Assembly: GCA_051362555.1 (NCBI GenBank)
Contig: CM120641.1
Location: forward strand, 6,882,001-6,946,000
Reading direction: 5' to 3'
DNA length: 64,000 nt
From: Lingula anatina
Taxonomy: Eukaryota; Animalia; Brachiopoda
Part shown: piece by piece, positions 37,456 through 52,300 of the stretch
How positions within the stretch are numbered: position 1 is the first letter of the stretch
Layout of the letters: each line of letters opens with the position of its first letter
Program-made: the position numbers and the translations under genes
Notes under the pieces: generated by a model
Databases searched by the model: none
What the model was told of the DNA's origin: nothing
What the model saw: the letters and a program-made list of their open reading frames with translations, nothing else

Positions 37456-38906
37456 AAGACCGTACAATATATATACAGTAACTACTGAGTACAGTAGGAG
37501 AACAAAATTAATTTTGCAAAAACATTTCTCAAAAATCACAAGGAAGAGCTGTAGACCTACGTACTGTCAAGCTGCACACAAAGTCTGAGATTGACTTCGT
37601 GTAATGTTCTTTATTTTTCCCAATATATTTCGAATAAAATTAGTCAATTCTGTGTCCCAAGAGGGTGATGCATCTTGAAAAAAAAAAGCATAGAAAGTGT
37701 TGTAAATTACGAATGGGGTTTACAAAGCCAAGGGAATCTATGCCTTGGGGGAGTAGTGTTTTTGCGGAGTATCGGTACGCGGGAGCATCAGTGCGGGGGA
37801 GTATCGGTGCGGGGATGTAAAGAAGCGGGGGAGTATCGGTGCGAGGGAGTATCGGTGCGGGGATGTAAAGAAGCGGGGAGTATCGGTGCGGGGATGTAAA
37901 GAAGTGGGGGAGTATCGGTGCGGGGGAGTATAGGTACGTAACCGGATTCCATAATCTTATTATAGCTGAATAGCAATATGTGTGTGTGTGCGTGTGTGTG
38001 TGCGTGTGCGTGTGTGCATGTAGGCGTGCCCACATGTATGTGTATGTGTTTGTGCATGTTACTTATTTCTTTGATATAGTGAGTTGCATTTTTTCACTTT
38101 ATTTCAGGACAGAGAAAAATGCTTCCAACTGGTCTAAAGACAAAATTAAAAACCTCTTGACAGGTTTAAAAGTTGAATGTGATGATGGTAAGGAAACTCT
38201 GCTTAAAGTTATTTTTAAAATTTTCATAAACAAGAAAGTAGTATAATGGTTTCATAATAGTTTGACATAAAGTTTACCAAAGACCATGTAGTTTTTCCAT
38301 CTTTGGCTACATTTTTTCTGTAAAACTGTAGAATTAGTTTCTTTACTACTGTGCATTTTTTCTAATTAGGCTGGTGTGAAATAAAAGAGGTGACCAAGGT
38401 TGAAGGGGAGGCTTCAGCAAGTAACAGAAAAGCAAAACTAATCTTTTTTTATGAATGGGAAGTGGAGGCTGATTGGACAGGTTTGTACTTTGAATGATTT
38501 TGTGTCACCAGCTAATAAAACTGAGTCCACACAAAAAGTTATTTTGGCTAAGCTTAGGTGACTATTCTTGGCTAGCCACCAAACCAAAGTTGAATTTACC
38601 TTAAAATTGGTGTAATAGCATATCAAAGACAATAAGGCCATGATAAATGGAGTTCGTATACCTAAATGGGCTTTGGTCACCAGTGAGAGATAAAAGCAAT
38701 GTGCAGACAATCACAGTGAGGGAAAACCAGACATAACTGACAAAATTAATGAGTGTTGACTGTCTGTATATGGCATTGTGGGACAAATTTCATTTTTGTT
38801 TTTTAAACATTATGTTTAGGGAAGAATCTATTTTAGCAGATGCATCTTTTTTTTTTCATTAGAAAGGGGAAGAAATGTCAAATCCACAGTATGGGCAATT
38901 TTTTTT

Positions 38907-38949
<43 letters not shown>

Positions 38950-41282
38950 AAACACTACTTAGCTGAAATTTTAGCAGTTTTCACAAACTTTAAGATATTT
39001 TCTTGTATTGCAAGGACATTTGGTGTCATGCCTTTCCAAGTAATATGAATTACAGTAAGTTGATAGAAATGTTTTTTTTTATTATTGTAGGACAATTGGA
39101 TGACAGTAAAACTAAATATAAAGGGACCCTAAAAATACCTAACCTGAGCGAGGAGAATGATCCAAGTGACATTGATGTGAGTTCCTTTTATTGATTATTG
39201 CATGGCAGGTTTTTACATTTAATTGTAGGTATTGACATTTTTTTTCTTCTGAGAAATGTGAAGGAATCGCTGTTAAGGTTGGAGATGGATTCTATTATTA
39301 TTGAGTGAAGTTTATGCTTTTTGTCATATATCCATACAGATTAATTATTTCCAGCCATATATTAGTACTTTTGTTTAACTTCCACTTTCTTTACCTCCAA
39401 CATTGATGCAAATGATATTTAAACAGGTTATAGTGACAGTTAAAAATGAATCTGATGAAGCATTTAAAGTGAAAGAAATCCTTAGGAAGAAGGGGACTCC
39501 CATGATACAGGAGCAAATAGCCAAATATATTAAGGATTTAAAAGTGGGTAAGTAATACTACAAAATTAAGACAAAAATAGATTTAAAAAAAATATATATC
39601 AAAAGATTGAGTAATAGTGCAGAACAAGGAAGTAAGCTGTTGTTATTTTGAATTTAATTTTTTTTTATCAATAGCTATTGATATTAGTATTGTTTGTATA
39701 GCTATTGGGTAATAACAAAGTAAATGCATTATGTAGACTACGAAATGAAAAAAGAAAATGTAAAGGAAAACCAAAACATTGCTGATGATATGGACCTGTA
39801 TATTCTAGAGTTCAGTCAAGGAATGATCCTTCCTGCTAAGGGTGCAGTTGAAAAACCTAGAGTGCCAAGTCCTGTAAGTGTATATGTAAACTTGACCATT
39901 TTTGCTTTACTTCAAAAAAAAGTGCAACTGCTGTGTTTTTGTGTAGAAGTTTTGTATGCAACTATGAATGTATTCTTGGTAATGTCTGAATTCTTTTTCA
40001 CACTTTCATATCTCCTTTCCTAATTTTGTAAAATATGGTTGAATAAATCTGTAGGTTTATAAGATGCTAATCACTAGGAACTGAAGTTTGAAATGTAAAT
40101 TTTTTAAAACACTTTTTAAAGGCTACAACAAATCTTGCCAAGCAAGAACTCTCCAAGCCGATAATGGGCGACTCCGCAAAACCAGTGGGTGTTAAGATTC
40201 ACACAAAGAAACTTACAGACAAACAAAAATTTAAGTGCAGAGCAAGTGATTTGTATAGAGCTTTGACAGAAAAAGAGGTACGTGTTGTTTGAAATCTCAT
40301 CACATTATCATGTTACACATAATGCAAGAAACCAACTGTTAATGTTGAAATTGAACAAAAGAGAAATCTGACATTTGTATATACATACTTGTTTTTATCT
40401 AAATCATTGTAGTCTTGATTAAAGACGTTTAAATGTTAGTGTTAATAGAGTTACCTTTTTTGCATTTAAGGAGGATGATGATAATTGTAGTGGTTTGAAA
40501 ACTATTTGGAAGAATTTTGATTTCTTTTTACTTCAGATGGTTCAAGCTTTCACCAGGAATTCTATGTTAGCATTTGAAGCAGAAAAAGGTGGAGGTTTTG
40601 TCTTGTTTGATGGATATATCTCTGGAACATTTACAGACTTGGTAAATATGCCACATCTCTTCACATTTATATAATAATATCAAAAACTTTCAAAATGAGA
40701 GGAAAATGAAACACCATAGTTGTGTTTTAATTGAAATGACTATTTCATTACTTTAAATAATGGGTTAATTAAAAAAAAAACTAACCCACAGCTGTCAACA
40801 TTTCACATCTTGTTGCATCTTCTGTGGTTTTATGCTCCATCCAGTTGGGTGTGGTAGCTGTGGAAATGTTTCATGTCTGATCATCACAACTTTTTAAATA
40901 GGTAATATGATAATAGAGTGAGTGAAGGCCTCTATATTCCGAACACTGGTGGTAGCTCCCAGTCAAGTTTTCTTGATATTGCGAGTACGTGTGGGAGCAT
41001 GTGGTTGTGTTATATATTATATTTATTAATATCTGTAAAATGTTCTTCTCTTTGCAGACTCCACACGAGAGGATAGAGATGCGATGGCGCTGTCAGAACT
41101 GGCCAGATGAACATTACTCTAATGTAACTTTTGAATTTAAAGAAGGGGAGGACGAGACTGTCCTTCATATTACACAGACTGGTATTCCTTCCACGGAGTT
41201 TGAACGCACTAAAGAAGGTTGGGAGAGATATTACTGGGAAAGCATACGACAGACATTTGGTTTTGGTGTCAGGCTAATATGA
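36112..41282 (+). CDS. AHSA1: Activator of Hsp90 ATPase (Aha1)
   Basis: Exons 36112-36191 (MAKWGEGDPRWIVEERADATNVNNWHW), 38108-38187, 38370-38480 (NRKAKLIFFYEW), 39091-39176 (IPNLSEEND), 39427-39547, 39809-39873, 40122-40277, 40537-40641 and 41058-41282 (GWERYYWESIRQTFGFG). Total 1029 nt, 342 aa, all GT-AG. Confidence 0.97.
36450..37943. mobile_element. Foldback-like non-autonomous DNA transposon with 16-bp subterminal tandem repeats, in AHSA1 intron 1
   Basis: Left arrays of tactcccccgcaccg(a/t) (36460-36710) mirrored by cggtgcgggggagtat arrays (37745-37930); GG...CC termini; 8-bp TSD ggattcca (36442-36449 / 37944-37951). Confidence 0.85.
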
Positions 41283-43336
41283 TGGAATATCACAAGAAAT
41301 GTTTTATAGTTAAATTATCAACTTCTTGAGTAAGACTTATTACTATATATCTTTAAAAAATGGACATTTGAAAAAAAAAGAACCTACTGATATGGTTGCT
41401 TAGAAATATCATGGTCAAATTACAATGGCTAAAAAATGTCCCAAGCTTAAGGTTACATTTATTGTTAGGGCCATGAAGCACATATTCTGCCCCACGCCCC
41501 TTTCTACTGGTTACATTATCACCAGGTGGTAGTGTTTTATCTATGCTATAAATTGGCTTACTTTCCACACCATTGAAGCATTCTGACAGGGAGTGGATCC
41601 ATTTGTAACCCAATTTCACAATGTATGTTATCATTTTGTGCATGGATAAAAGTTTGCTATAAAGTCACCAAGTTAAGCTCTGCTTCTACAAACTTTCAAA
41701 AATGTGAAACCGTGTTCAAGAAGTGTCAAAAGTATGTTAATTTTTGTCATTTCCAAGTATTTAGTTAGAGAGAAGGAATTATAGTAAAGCATCCTGAAAT
41801 AATGCGATATAAACCAGATTTCACTTTTTTTCTACAAGGAAAAGGAGAGGAGATTAAGATATTGTGGATATAGTTTTGCCTTCTGTCCAATTTAAAAATT
41901 GATCAGGATAAATAGTTTTAGAAAAAATCAGGAATAAAAATGAAATGCATGATATTAACATATTAAAAGAGGTAAATTGTTTACAATTAACCTTGTCAAT
42001 GATACTGAAACCAAGAAAAGTGAAGGTGGTTTTGAATCCTACATTTTATTAGTTTTCCTTGAGTTTGAGAAACCTACTTGTGCTACATAAACATCTTGAT
42101 GTCTCTTTTTTCACATGTCATAATAAAAAATGATATGAGAAAAAACTAGAGTATGCAAATATTCTTACTTTGATGCATGTAACTGGTTAATGGCAACTCG
42201 ACTGGATATAGTCTATCCATATAATTTGATAAGCACCACCGTACTATAACACAATGCTGTTTTAAACAATTAGGACATTTCTACTTAAGACGTACATGTA
42301 GATGCCTTGAAGCACATAACACATAGAATTTATAACATTTTAATCTAATGCATGGAATTTAAAGTTCCCCTTTGTAGTATTTACACTCATTTTTCACAGA
42401 CAACTACATAAATCCAACAAGGCATCCATAACCAAGATGGCTGCCAAGTATGTCATCCACTTGATCAACCAGTAACACTGATACTTAGCAATACCAATAC
42501 ATTAAACATATTAAATTTATATAAACCTTGGAACAAAGAATCTTTTTGTGATGAGCTGTAACATAAATGCACAGAATGCCATACAATACATGGCAGGATG
42601 TCGTTAAACCCACATCCTCGGTGTATATTGTAAATGATGATTGAAATGTTTTTGCTGAACTTGATATCAACTTGCTTTTCACCCAAACTGTTCAGATTCC
42701 TTAATGTGTTTGAATCTAATTTTTAAATCATTAAAAAAAAAAAAAAAGAAATCCTTATCCTGTTGTCAGTAAAGGGAGGCTAAATTAATACCAGTTTTAA
42801 AAACGGTTTTAAAAGCTGATCAATCTGATCCTATGCTGCAATAAACAACCATTGTACTTTTTCTCTAATGTGCAGTAAACACTGAAGCAACATTACTGAA
42901 AATATCCATTCCAACAGCACAACCATTATGCTACTGAATTGCACAAAAAGTTTGATTGTGGTTGGTTGTCACCGGGATACTTGTATTAACTGTCAAGTTA
43001 CCATTCTGGTCAACTTCTCTCTACAATTGTATGCAAAGTAAATTCAACAACAATCAGATTTTAAATTGCACACCTAGACAATAAAATCTTGCACAAGTGT
43101 AAGGGCACTTTAAAAATCATATTTGTTTGAAGAACAAGGATAGTTTGTGAGCTTGTGGCCAAGTGTGACCATCTGTATCAGAACTTAATGTGAAACATCA
43201 AGCAATAAACATGTCGGAAAAAGGGCTACTATAAAATTTAAAATGATGCCAACCTTACGTCTTGTCTCTCCAGTCATTTATGCCAGAACAGAAAAAGATG
43301 GATAAATCTCTGACAAACCATAAATTGGTCTCTGGT

Positions 43337-46300
43337 TTAGTCCTTTTCTTCTGTTGATTTCTCAGTAGTTGAAGTGGAAGTACAACTTGTTTCCTGTACT
43401 TTGTCAGTTCTTTTACGAAACATGTTAAATATGCACTCAATGTTACGAATTACATAGTCTACCCAGGTAGGTTTCTCTTTGTGAGCCGCTTTTCCTTTGT
43501 GACTAGAAGCATTTTCTTTTTTATCACCAGTTTTCGTTTTATTGTCAGATTTATCTTCCATGTTTTTACCCCCTGTGTCTTCTGTCGTTAGTTTCTTTTC
43601 TTCAGTGTGAGTCTCGATGCCTTTTTCTGCTCTCTCTTTTTCTTCCTTTGTGCCAGTGCTGCAAGTGGCAACTTCTTCATCAACTGCCTTTTTCTCTAGT
43701 TGTTCAGAAAGCTTGTCATGGCTCCCACTGCCCTCTGGTACAATGACATCACTGTCACTGTCTTTACTACTTTCCTTGACATCAGATGTTTTTAGTGGGA
43801 CTTCTGACTTCTCAACAGAATCTTCTTTTTCACTGCTTATTCTCCTCTTCTTTGCTGGGGCAATTGCATTATCTGCAACAATATCATTTGGTTCACAAAT
43901 ATAAACCCATTATATATTTAATGCCTATTTTACTTTATACAAGAGCTTTGGTAACTTTTAACCCCATTTATTGTAAGAGGATACTGGGAAATGAACATGT
44001 TATCAATTTTTTTAAAGAAAAAAACAACAGTATACAACAAACTTATTTTTAGAGCTACAGCTAACTGTTGCACAATTATTAGCTACGTTAATGTGAGTAA
44101 CCAATTTCTATACACCAAATAATTTTTTTTTTTTTGCATTTCATGTTCCAATCTAAAATAGCAAAAACAAAAACCTGAATCTTCTTCATCACTCTCTTCA
44201 TCTTCCTCCATGTCCCTGCCAGCATCCTTCTTACCACCTTCTTGTGATGTGGCCCCCACCTTTTCCTCCTCCTCCTCCTCTGCCATCTTCTGTTGCTGTT
44301 CCTGCTCCAGTATCTCTGCCCTCTCTTTCTGGTAGTCCTGGCACACCTGGAAAATGTACTCCAGGGTTGAAGCCAGCAGGGTATTGATGTGCTGAGGAGC
44401 TTGTACTGAGAAAATGAGAAGCATGGCTCGCAGGTCCTGTGGAGGATAAAAAAAATCCTACATGAATACAAACACACACTCTTAGCTGATGTGTTAGTTT
44501 ATGGCATGCAATACTTCAAGTTTAAATGATGACTTTTCATATTCAACACTCCCCAAAAGTTGTTTAGCAAATCTTTGTCTGGTCACCCCCCAACAAGCAT
44601 TTCTCTCTTTTGATAGAAGCCAACAATTTGTCGCCTACATATTTATCAGATACAGTGTGAAACGTACCCCATTTAACCTGTGTGCAATGTTCAGCATGTC
44701 TTTGTGTGTCTGGGCATTCTCCAGGGACGACTTCTCTGCAGTGATGGATGCAATCAAACTGTCCAGAAGGGAGTGACCCTGGTCATTTAAAACCTGGTGG
44801 CATATCTGGAGATAAAACGAGTAGAATTGATGACAACTTACAGTACATGATCCTGGTCAAAGTTAGTAATAGGTCTTAATTTAGTAAAATTAATAGCTCT
44901 GCAATAGTTTTATGACTATGAAGTTTTATAAAACTTATATTATATCTGACAGTTATTTACATATCTCTGTCATTATCATCATGATCATAATCCTTATCAT
45001 TTGGTTAATTACAACTGAAAGATAATCCCTTCCTCATTATTCTTCTGAACAAAACAAAGACAGAAAATTGACCATTATCAAAATCAAGACACACCTTATA
45101 AATATCACATTTCTCACAATTTTGCATTTCATTACCTTTGGGAAGTAAGTACACATAAACTGGTAGATGACGTGATTGTTGAGGGATTGCCTCTCATCCA
45201 GTAGAATGGCATCCACGTAGTCAATGAAGTAGCTGCTGTTACACAGAATGTTGATGTAATTCTTGTCCACATGCTGAAAAATGAGACTTTATCTTAGATA
45301 TATCTATAGGTCAAATACAAAAATATCAGCTGACATCAGTAATGTACCCACTTAGATAAAAATATTTCAATAATTGAGGACCCATATCTTGTTTATATTA
45401 CCAACAGAACGTGATTTTAAAGTTTAAAAAAGTTTGGTTCATGTCAAAGTTTACTCAACAACAAGTCAAAATTTTAAAATATTCAAAATATTTACGAGAA
45501 GAGTTCATGTTCATGTGAAGACTCCTATTATTTTCTCTTAAAATTTCACAATAAAATTGCTTTTGGTTTTACTTGTTATATAGCTTGATGAACTGTGTTT
45601 ATTGACAGCAAATCTAATTATTTCAAATCATGTCTTGCTAAAATAATTCCTTTAAAATCAAAAATGTTCCACAAATAATTCTAAATACCAACTAACCTCA
45701 GAATGATAGATCTCATACCAGAGCTTTGGAAAGAAAGGAGAGTGAAGAGGAACACCTTCATAGGCTACCATAGCACCTGTAAAATAATGTACCTGCATAA
45801 GTAAAAAATTAACACAAACATATATCTTAGGCATATCTATTGTTGTCCTTTATATGACAATACTAATCAAAGTGAAAAAGAATTTAAACATCTTCACAAT
45901 CTTCTCAATATCATCATATTAGTCGGGGAATTTTTTGTCTTTATTCCCATGGGTGCATTTGACGCTTGCTGTCAAAAATATTGCAGTAAACTCTTTGTTT
46001 CTACAATTTGATGGTAATTAAATATTTACGTTGGTACAAAATTATACATGTCTGAGATGCCTTAATATATGACTGTGACTACACACTACTTACTGAGGTT
46101 GATGACCATCTCTGTCATATTCTCCTGGTTGACTGCCACCCTGCAGATCAAGTCAACAAAGCTGAAGTAGGGCCAGAAGAACTCCTGGAGGGCCTGGTCA
46201 TAGGATTCATCCACACCCTGGAGAAGCAAAAATCACAGATTTCTTCATAAGGGTTATTAAAAAAGAATTTAGTAAATAAAACACAAACAGTTAATTCAGT

Positions 46301-49300
46301 GAGATATTTTGGATTTATTTCCTGCAACACCTTTTGCCTCATCCAGGTGTGTGCTTTTTGAAATTGAATCACCACAAGTAATTTTGCTCGACCTATTACC
46401 ATTAATACACTCGTTTATACTCTTGAACAGTGCATCAGGATGATTTCAATCAATTCTTAGACTGACTCTTCCAAGAGTTAAATGGGGTCACTGTTTCAAC
46501 TACGCACACACCACACTGAATCTATATCTTGACTTACAAAGCCTATCAAAAAGTTAATCAAGGAACCGATTTGAAAAAAAAATCTTTGTTCATATCACCT
46601 CAACTTGATGTTTTATAATCATCATAACATTCTTTACGCATGAACTAAATACATCTAGGCTCACCTAAAATATCTGATTTTTATTACACCTTTGCTATTT
46701 TCAAATTTACTGCAGTCAATCTCCTACCTTTGTAGCCTCAAGCTGGTTGTTATGCAGGAGCATCTGGAACTGTGGCCGCGGTGGGCGTACATTAGACTTG
46801 GAAGATAACAGCTTTTGGCCCCTTCTTGGAAAGAATGGTCCCATGTTGACTGAAATGACAGATTACAAACTTGAGAATTTTGGCTACTTTTGTAAAAATT
46901 AACAGTCGGTAATTCGAAGTCACACTAGTTATTGTCTGCCATTAACAATGGTAACATGTTGACTGGAGTTAAAGAAGAAACTAAGTGGTCTACTTTCATA
47001 AAAATAAACAGTTGAACAATCAGGTCTTACTACTCAATCTCTGATATAAAGGCCCATGACCCATTTTTTAAACTCTTTTCTTCAAATATATTCACTAAAC
47101 AAATGGCTGGGAAATGGTTCCATTTGGCACAAAAATTCGATTCACATGTTGCAAAGAATGACAACAGTTAAACAATCACACACTGTTATTGGTCACTTTG
47201 AGGTTTACTCAGGGTAAAGTTAAAACAACCATGTAGTATGGCTTACATATGGCAAGGTAATAAGAACTTGTTCTGACTCGGTGAAATATCTAAATAAATA
47301 ATCTTAATCCAGAAATGATAATGCAGAATAAGTTGCTAATTTTTCATTAAATACAAGCCAAGTGCTAAGCAAGGGGAAAGCCATTACCTACTTTTACCAC
47401 AATGATTTACTAGAGTCTGCATAAAATCCACTTGTTTACCCATGTGTACAGATGTTGGTATTATCATAATGTGCAGTACTTACTTGGTACGTTATTTTCC
47501 TGGAATGAACTATGTGCGTGAGAAAGGATGGGTACCACAGTCTGCAGACACTCACTTTGGTATAGGAGCAGCATCTCTTTACAAACATCTGAAGTAAGAG
47601 ATAAAGAGATAAAAAGTTTGATGTAAGCAATACTCGTGTCAGTAAATTTAAATCTCAGCTTTAAACCTAAGAACTAGCTAATATACTGGGCAAACTCTTT
47701 ACATTATATTTTGAGGTCTGGCATATTACTGGAAGAAAATACCCCTAAAAACGGGTCTCCCATTTAGTCTTTTTCTTCTACTGATTTCTCAGTGCTTGAA
47801 GTGGAAGTACAACTGTACTTTGTCAGTTCCATCAAAAAATGTGTTCAATATGCACTCAATGTTATTGTTTGGAGGAAAATAACCCATTTAGATTTTGAGG
47901 ACATTTTAACACATTTCCATCTTAGATCAAAATCATTCATTTGCAATTTGTCTTTCATTTAAAACTGAAATTGATCTTATCATACTCACCCACTGCCACC
48001 TGTCTTATTTCTGGAGGGGTGTAAGCATTGAGTAGGGTCAACAGCTTCCTCACCAGATCCATACGATCCTTCCAACTGTGGAGGCAGCTCTTCACTTCTG
48101 CATCTGGAACATTATCATGGGGAGTAAAACATGTGTGGAAACATTTTGATTCACTTACTTATATTTTTGGAGTAAGACCCCCCACCCCCCACACAAATAA
48201 TAATAATAATACAAAAAAAAAATAATAATAAATAAATAAATAAATAAATAAAATAAAATCTTTACTTTAGTGACAAGACACCCAGAAATACAAAGCAGAG
48301 GTCCATGAGATCCAAGTATTCATACTTACGTCTCCTGTCCACATACTGTCTGGCAGTTTTCAATACTCCCAGCAGTATAGTAAGGAGGTCCACCAGATCC
48401 TGAGTCACATGGCAGGCTGTGGCCTCATGGTACATCATATGCAACATCTGGAATGCCTGGGATCAAAAAGATGGTGCATGTCAATATATTTATCTCAAGG
48501 CCTATCATGTAAGTGGCAGTAATACATAAGATGGTGGGCGAGTCATTTAGTTCAATACATTACTCAATATATCAATAACATAATTATGTAACTCAAGATT
48601 AGGCTGCATACTCTGTTCATTTAATATCAAGTCCAGTTATAAAGCCTATTCAATGTTTGACACTCTATGAAAAAAGCTACATTCTTTTCAATAAAGGTTC
48701 TGCACAAAAAAGAACATTAATAAAAAAAAGGAATAAACAAAAAAAAAAAAGAAAAGTTTATTCACCTAAGTCTTTCAAGTTAAAAATAACAATGGAGAAA
48801 ATTTAAGAAATTTCCATTGACTATTATGACTACTATCCACAGATCAAACTTACCTCAGCAATCATGGACAACCCATTCTGATACAGCACCAACAGCTTGT
48901 CATCTATAGTATCCACTAAAGTTTTCATGGCCCTGTGATAGAAGACAATATGTTGAGACCCTAGGCTTTGAAAATGGGAAATATTGACAGCAAAGGTGCC
49001 ATTTGTCTCAGGACTATAATCATGCGTACCGCCAATGCCATGCTGCTAAAAAGACCATTACAAGAATACCCCTACAATACCTGTTGTAAGGGTGCCAAAA
49101 ACTTTTGACTAATGAGATCGCGAGCTAAAACTCGTGACCTACAAACGTAATCAACCCTTTCAGTTCCAAACCCTTTATAATACTGACTTTTGTTACCTGC
49201 CCTGTGTTGAATTCTGGCATTATACAAATTAATTAGAAGATCCAAATAATTATTACTTATTCCCATAGCATTTTCTAGCACATCATATCTCAACAACTAA

Positions 49301-52300
49301 TTTTTGGGGAATTTTGATAATAAAATAGTTAGAAAAATGACAAAATTAATACCCCTCAAACCCTGTTTAGCCTAATGGCAATGTGAGTATTTGCATATAA
49401 AAGGATTTTACCCTGTGGAAGACATGAATCTCTTTACAGGGGGACAAAAATTTTAGAATATTCACTACTATTTTACTTAAAACATCCTTAAAACATAATA
49501 AAACAAACAGTGGTCACCTAACCTGTGTTTAATTCTGGCATTATACGAATCAATTAAAGGGATAATAACTCTTCGTATGAAATCTGTATTTCACAATAAA
49601 AATATTGTGAATGACTCATAAAAATATAAAATATTCTGTTTTCCCACAAAAACGGCTGTTATAGCTATTATTCTGATATTTGAGCTTGTCTTTAGACCAC
49701 GTGACCTCCATTGATGGCTATACTCTGTTAAAATCTCTTAAGAGATTTTAACAAAAAAACAAACTTTTTAGAAAAAAACCAGGGACTAAATTTGAATGTA
49801 AAAATGGATTCATTAACCATTGGTAAGTATGGGAAAATTGTTGTTTACTCCAGGAAAATTCATTCGAAACGAAGAGTTATTATCACTTTAAGATCCAAAT
49901 AATTTACACTTATCCAACTTGTATTTAAGAAATGGCTATGCTAATGGTGATAGTAATGACCAGTTTGATGTTAAAAGGCTCTAAAGGGGTTTGTGTTTAA
50001 CTTAAGCCAACCTATGTTGTTCCTTTACTCCAAATTCTGTATTCAAAAAAAGAGTACAAAAAAATTAGCATAACAGTAAAAATATAATTGTTTTAATCTT
50101 TTTAAACTTTTTTAATCATTACAAAATTATTTTGTGACATCAAAAATCAAAAAGTCTTAATAAGGGGCAACATTATCACAACAAATTTGACAGCCTACCT
50201 CTGAATTTGTGGAACCTAAGAAGTGGTTAAAGATTAGTAGTTTGTTGAGAAAAAAAGCCTTTTACATAAAAACCCTTACAATCCCCTTTGTAAAGGTGCC
50301 AAAAACTTTTGACTAATGAGATCGCAAGTTAAAACTCGTGACCTACAAATGATGTTGACCATTTCAAGTTCCAAAAACTTTATTAATACCAACTTTTGTT
50401 ACCAGACCAATGTTTAATTCTGGCTTTATACAAATTAATTAGAAGATCCAAACTAGAGGATCAGAGAGGCGATACCGCCTCTGGATATTGTACCACCAGC
50501 TGGAGTAAGCGCATTCTCATGGAAACCCCACCCCCAAAAAATGAACACCACCACCAGTCTTGTGCTTGACAAGCTCTATAAAATGCAATAAACAAGAGTT
50601 CTCAAAATATGCAACAAAAAAAAAAAAAACAATAATAATAAATAAAAATAAAAATAAATAATCGAACAAACATAACTGTTCAAATCAAGCAGATGTTCAA
50701 ATTGAGCTGTATTTTCCTAACACTGATCACTCCTGTGATTTTCTAGACAATAGGCCTATTGGTTTTCCTTGAAATGTGTTATCAGTATTGCGTATTTGTT
50801 GACAAAAGAGAAAACCTAGGGACAACAGTGGGCAGATCTCTGCTAGTTTTGAAGATATGAGGGGCAAGAAAATATGCAGAGTTCAGTTTGTGGTGAAAAA
50901 GTAGGTCAAAGGTCAATTTCAAGGTCATAGTATATGACTTCCTATTCAAGTTCAATAGTAACTATGGGCATATCTTTGCCAGTTTTGGAGATATAAAGAT
51001 CAGAAAACTTGCAAAGTGCAGTTCATCATGAAAAGTAGGTCAAAGGTCAATTTCAAGGTCACAGTTAGATTACCAGTATATGACTTCCTATTCAAGTTCA
51101 ATAGTAACTATGGGCATATCTTTGCCAGTTTTGGAGATATAAAGATCAGAAAACTTGCAAAGTGCAGTTCATCATGAAAAGTAGGTCAAAGGTCAATTTC
51201 AAGGTCACAGTTAGATTACCAGTATATGACTTCCTATTCAAGTTCAATAGTAACTATGGGTGTATCTCTGCTAATTTTGGAGTATTTCACATTTTCCCCA
51301 CTGAATATTGCGATGTTGTAATTTTTGATATAGGGCAACGCCTAAACCATATCAAAAACAAAAAAATGGACACCACCTCCAGTATTGCACTTGACAAGGT
51401 CTACAAAATGCAATAAAAAAGAGGTCTCTGGCATTTACCGTTCCAGATTCAGAGCGAGTTTTCAGTTTCGGTATCTAATGGCTGCTTCTCCCGTGAAAAT
51501 GCACCGATTGACCCCAAACTCCCAAAGATGAAAGGAGTCCCCAATGATAACCCCTCACTATAACACGATAGCTTAGGGCTGCGTAGTTTCCAAAAATTAG
51601 CACAAACAAATTTTTTTTTTACAGAAAATTCCCATTTTTAGAAAATTTTGGCTTGTTTGACCTTGAAAAAAAGGTCAAAAGTCAAATCCAAGGGCATATT
51701 TGGAATCTCCACATATGACTTTCGGTCAGACTTCTGTAGTAATTTTTCCCATAATTCTTTTGGTTTGGGATATATTTAGCATTGAATTTTCAAAAATTTT
51801 GACAAGGGTGCATTTCAACAAGCGTCACATCATATCTTAACAACTTATTTTTGGAAAATTCTGATAATAAAATAATCATAACAATGATGAAATTAAAAAA
51901 GCCATTAAACAAATCGCATAATTTTTAAATACCCCTCAAGCCTGCTATGGTCTACTGGCAATGTGAGTATTTGCATATGAAAAGGATTTCACCCTGTGTA
52001 ACTAGATAATATGTGGCATGAGGCGATTTCTATCAGCAACATTTAGAAATATTTTAGTTATAATTTTGATTTTCTGCATCTGTTCATTATGTAAAAGAGA
52101 CTGAAAAATATGTATACTCCATATCTTGGGTCTCATATTATTAAGAAAAATACCTGTTACAAGATCTATACTTCTTTACTCAAAATTGCAATTAGGTATC
52201 TAAGTAATGAATGATGAAACCAGCTCAAATGAGACAATACAAGACCAATATTAACCTTCATCTCCTATATCAAAATTTTTAGCACAGATACATTGTATTA

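Noticed and set aside
36440-38057. Pro-rich ORFs (36440-36739, 37640-38035, 37788-38057)
   Set aside because: These are translations of the 16-bp subterminal repeats and a TG microsatellite of a non-coding transposon.
43617-44479. Several ORFs overlapping the USP34 tail
   Set aside because: They are antisense or alternative frames of low-complexity terminal USP34 exons.
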